DNA of 64,000 nt from Pecten maximus (taxonomy: Eukaryota): assembly GCF_902652985.1 (NCBI RefSeq), contig NC_047015.1, positions 46,872,001 to 46,936,000 of the forward strand, in the 5' to 3' direction. The position numbers were made by a program, and so were the translations under genes. Under the pieces are notes generated by a model. That model ran no database searches. It had not been told where the DNA came from and was given only the letters and a program-made list of their open reading frames with translations. Position 1 is the stretch's first letter, and each line of letters opens with the position of its first letter. Positions 61,601 to 64,000 of the stretch are shown here, piece after piece.

Positions 61601-63129
61601 TTATGGAACTGGTTGAATGGATTAAAATAATGTCATTATTTCCCAAAACCAGTAGAAGCTAGTAGGTAGTACATATACATTAGATTGTACACCTAGATAG
61701 CTCCGTTCTCAGATTCTGGGGATAGTTGATTCTCAGATTGCCATAGAGCAGACATCTGACTGTTGATGCTCATTTTTGTACCTTGTGAGCTCTGCAAACT
61801 CCACAGACCCAGTCTTCCTCTGGTACTTCCTCCATTGGAGGCTCCACACATGTAAGGTGATACACAGCAGAGCAAGTTTCACAACAGAGCAAATCTCCAA
61901 GTCTGCATAAAGAAAGAAATACACAGTTAAAGTATCGAGGCATAATTACTCTATTCATCATTCAAAATCAAAATTGCAGTATATAAACTCAACCTTAATT
62001 ATTAATGAATAATGGTACAAAGACGTATCACTTTCTTCATAACTTATTATTTCCACTCCTATACTGGAAAATGGTTTAACAGAGACTGATAAACATTATG
62101 ATTTTATTTGGAAAAAGAAACTTACTTATGGCAGTTTCTGCAATGATCATCATACTGGATGTTGCCTTCATTCATAATTTCTTCTCTCACATTGTTTGTA
62201 ACTAGAAACAGGTCAGTAAGAGTCTTCAAAACTTTAAGTCTCTCTTCAACAGGCACAAAGGGGAATTCTTGATGTTCTAGCGATTCTATTGCCACTTTAT
62301 ACTCTGGATATCGGTCAGATTCTGTGTCAAGTAGTGCTCGGATTGATTCTGGCCATGTAAAAGCATCAACAAAGAACAACGATATATTGATGCTGTCCTT
62401 CATATCTGAAGGACCAAACGCTGTATTATTACCATCTTCTTCACGCCATAATGCCTTATATAATGTTATATGAATTTCTGTCAGCAGAGAAGAAACTTCA
62501 TCACTCAATATTGCCGCACAAAAGTCTTCAAAGGTAAACGGAGATATTCTGAGAATGGTACGGAAATGTCGAAGCACTTCATAAATGCTTAAACTTTGCA
62601 TAAGGTTTTCAATCGGTATCAACAAGTCTGTTGAACTGGGAGGCAGGTTTAATGGTGTAATATCTTTGTCATCCAGTAGCTCTGGAGTTTTAGGTCTTCT
62701 GCCAAAAAACAATTTTCTTCTACCAGCTGAGCTACCTATAGTACTGAAGCTATCATCACTATAATCTGAATCTGAATCTTCATAACTGGCATCTGAAACT
62801 GGTTCGTTCTCATCTAGATCATCAAGAACATCACTCACTTTCTCCTCTGTGTCAAGACTTGATCGCGATTGATCATCATCTTCAAATATCATGTTCTGAA
62901 TGAAATGTCTACCTCTTTGTGCAGCCTCACGGGACCTACCCCTCCCTTGTCCCCGCACTGGAGTGCCAGGTGTACTGACCGGCGTACTCGACCGAGAACT
63001 TGGGTCACTTGATGGAGTTCCATGGTTTTGATAGGCTTTGGGCTTTCTCAAAAAAGTACTTCTGGGCCTTACGGATGACAAAGGCGTCTTTGGCGGTCGC
63101 CCTCTTCCGCGTCTTCCTCTAGTGGACAT
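43601..63129 (-). CDS. BPTF: Nucleosome-remodeling factor subunit BPTF/NURF301, 22 exons, ~2676 aa (one 1-nt frame break in exon 10)
   Basis: Exons 63129-62126, 61902-61782, 61387-61266, 60585-60380, 60135-59906, 58498-57859, 57161-56943, 56486-56103, 55675-55533, 54866-52822, 52449-52311, 51604-51267, 50601-50389, 50173-50066, 49854-49108, 47881-47608, 47410-47185, 45732-45506, 45280-45107, 44961-44766, 44356-44272, 43791-43601. AT-hook GRGRPPK, DDT ([18 protein letters not shown]), PHD, two C-terminal PHDs ([18 protein letters not shown]) and a bromodomain. Confidence 0.96.
48251..49035. mobile_element. Long-TIR non-autonomous DNA transposon, copy 2 (BPTF intron 15)
   Basis: Same TIRs and internal sequence as 18402-19667. 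8-bp TSD ATTAATTT at 48243-48250 and 49036-49043. Confidence 0.9.
51850..52235. mobile_element. Helitron/Helentron-like non-autonomous relic
   Basis: TGACCTTGACC repeats ending in hairpin TGTCACCTGC/GCAGGTGACA followed by AAAA. Confidence 0.55.
58607..59175. mobile_element. Long-TIR MITE in BPTF intron 5
   Basis: ~78-bp TIR CAATTTCATTAAAATCAGCTGTTAC..GCTCCGATCAG and its inverse. AGAAGA on both flanks. Confidence 0.85.
59260..59760. repeat. Degenerate ~130-bp tandem array (GGTCAAGGTCA family)
   Basis: AAAGGTCTTGTCACAA recurs about four times. Confidence 0.65.
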
Positions 63130-63785
63130 AATGCACACTTTAAAATAATTCCAGGTGCTCTAATGTTCCCTGCTACTGGAAAAAGGCGGCCCTTGTGCAC
63201 ATCGGCAGCCCTCTATATCGGTTTTAGTGTCCATGTTTCAACTTTCGGAAGCCGCCATTTTTCTCCAAATTTGATCACGTGATCAACGCAATCGTAATAT
63301 ACAATGGAAGTCCTACAGTTATGTGCGCCTACCTCGAATTTTCATACAGCAATTTCACGATATTTACCTACACTTTGATGATTGTTATCATTTGAACTTT
63401 TTCGTGTGGTGAAATATAGTGTAAAAGCGACTTAAATCGAATAATGTTATTGTTTCTTTCTGATCCGTCTTTCTCGCACCCGATATAAGAGAAACTCGCA
63501 TTGGACGGTTCATTTTAGACCGCATGCAATCAGAACGTTATTATTATGCCCTCTGGTGCCATGATAAGGTATTTCTCAGTTTCATTTGTATATTTTGAAG
63601 ACACTTAAACAGTCAAAGTGATAGTAGACCTATGTGACACAGTTTTAGGAAGAAATGAAAGTTGTTGTTGCATCTTTTATTGACCAATCAAATTTGACTT
63701 TACAAACGGATTGCGTTATTGTTTCATTTGAAACACCTTGGGGGTTTTGATCGTATTCAACCGTAATAAGTTATGTACATAAAGA
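63130..63785. promoter_or_regulatory. Bidirectional promoter region, BPTF / unidentified gene
   Basis: CpG-rich. YY1 motif AAAATGGCGGC (minus, ~63251-63261), perfect 16-bp palindrome TTGATCACGTGATCAA with E-box (63271-63286), CCAAT at ~63684. Confidence 0.65.
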
Positions 63786-63959
63786 ATGGATAAAAAAGAG
63801 ACTTTCCGAACGTCAAAGCGATCCACATGTGGCAGAATGTCGCAAGTAGATGTAATGTATGAAGTTCAGCCTTATTACGACTCAAATGTTGCCTTAAATT
63901 TGCCAGATAATATGTACAAGCTACCAAATATGCAGACACACACAGGCGATACAGGAAAG
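63786..63959 (+). CDS. Putative first coding exon of an unidentified gene divergent from BPTF
   Basis: AGAATGG start context, 58 open codons (MDKKETFRTSKRSTCGR..THTGDTGK) and a strong donor AAG|GTATGT. Family not recognised. Confidence 0.5.
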
Positions 63960-64000
63960 GTATGTAGTTGACGACAAAACAGATATTTACTATCGAGTCC

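Overview
AT-rich animal genomic DNA, not prokaryotic. The repeat families and gene structures suggest a mollusc, probably a bivalve (inference). The window holds spliced housekeeping genes arranged as three head-to-head pairs: EEF2KMT/FAM86 (-, partial) with RNPS1 (+), UBE2S (-) with ARL6IP1 (+), and BPTF/NURF301 (-) with an unidentified gene whose first exon is at the right edge (+). It also holds a 5.3-kb TSD-bounded Tx1/L1-clade LINE in ARL6IP1 intron 4, plus SINEs, several MITE families and minisatellites. The strongest unexplained signal is a set of related, GC-elevated, strongly hairpin-forming elements in RNPS1 introns 1, 2, 4 and 5 (weaker in 3). They share short motifs while their stems differ in sequence but still pair, so they are a candidate undescribed intronic structured-RNA family. 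Other notable points are an RNPS1 start codon split by an intron, a candidate 9-nt poison microexon in RNPS1, a LINE ORF2 with ATG-TAA at its start that inserted at the putative branch point, and a one-base frame break in BPTF exon 10. All exon coordinates and base-pairings were read by eye; no folding or database search was run.
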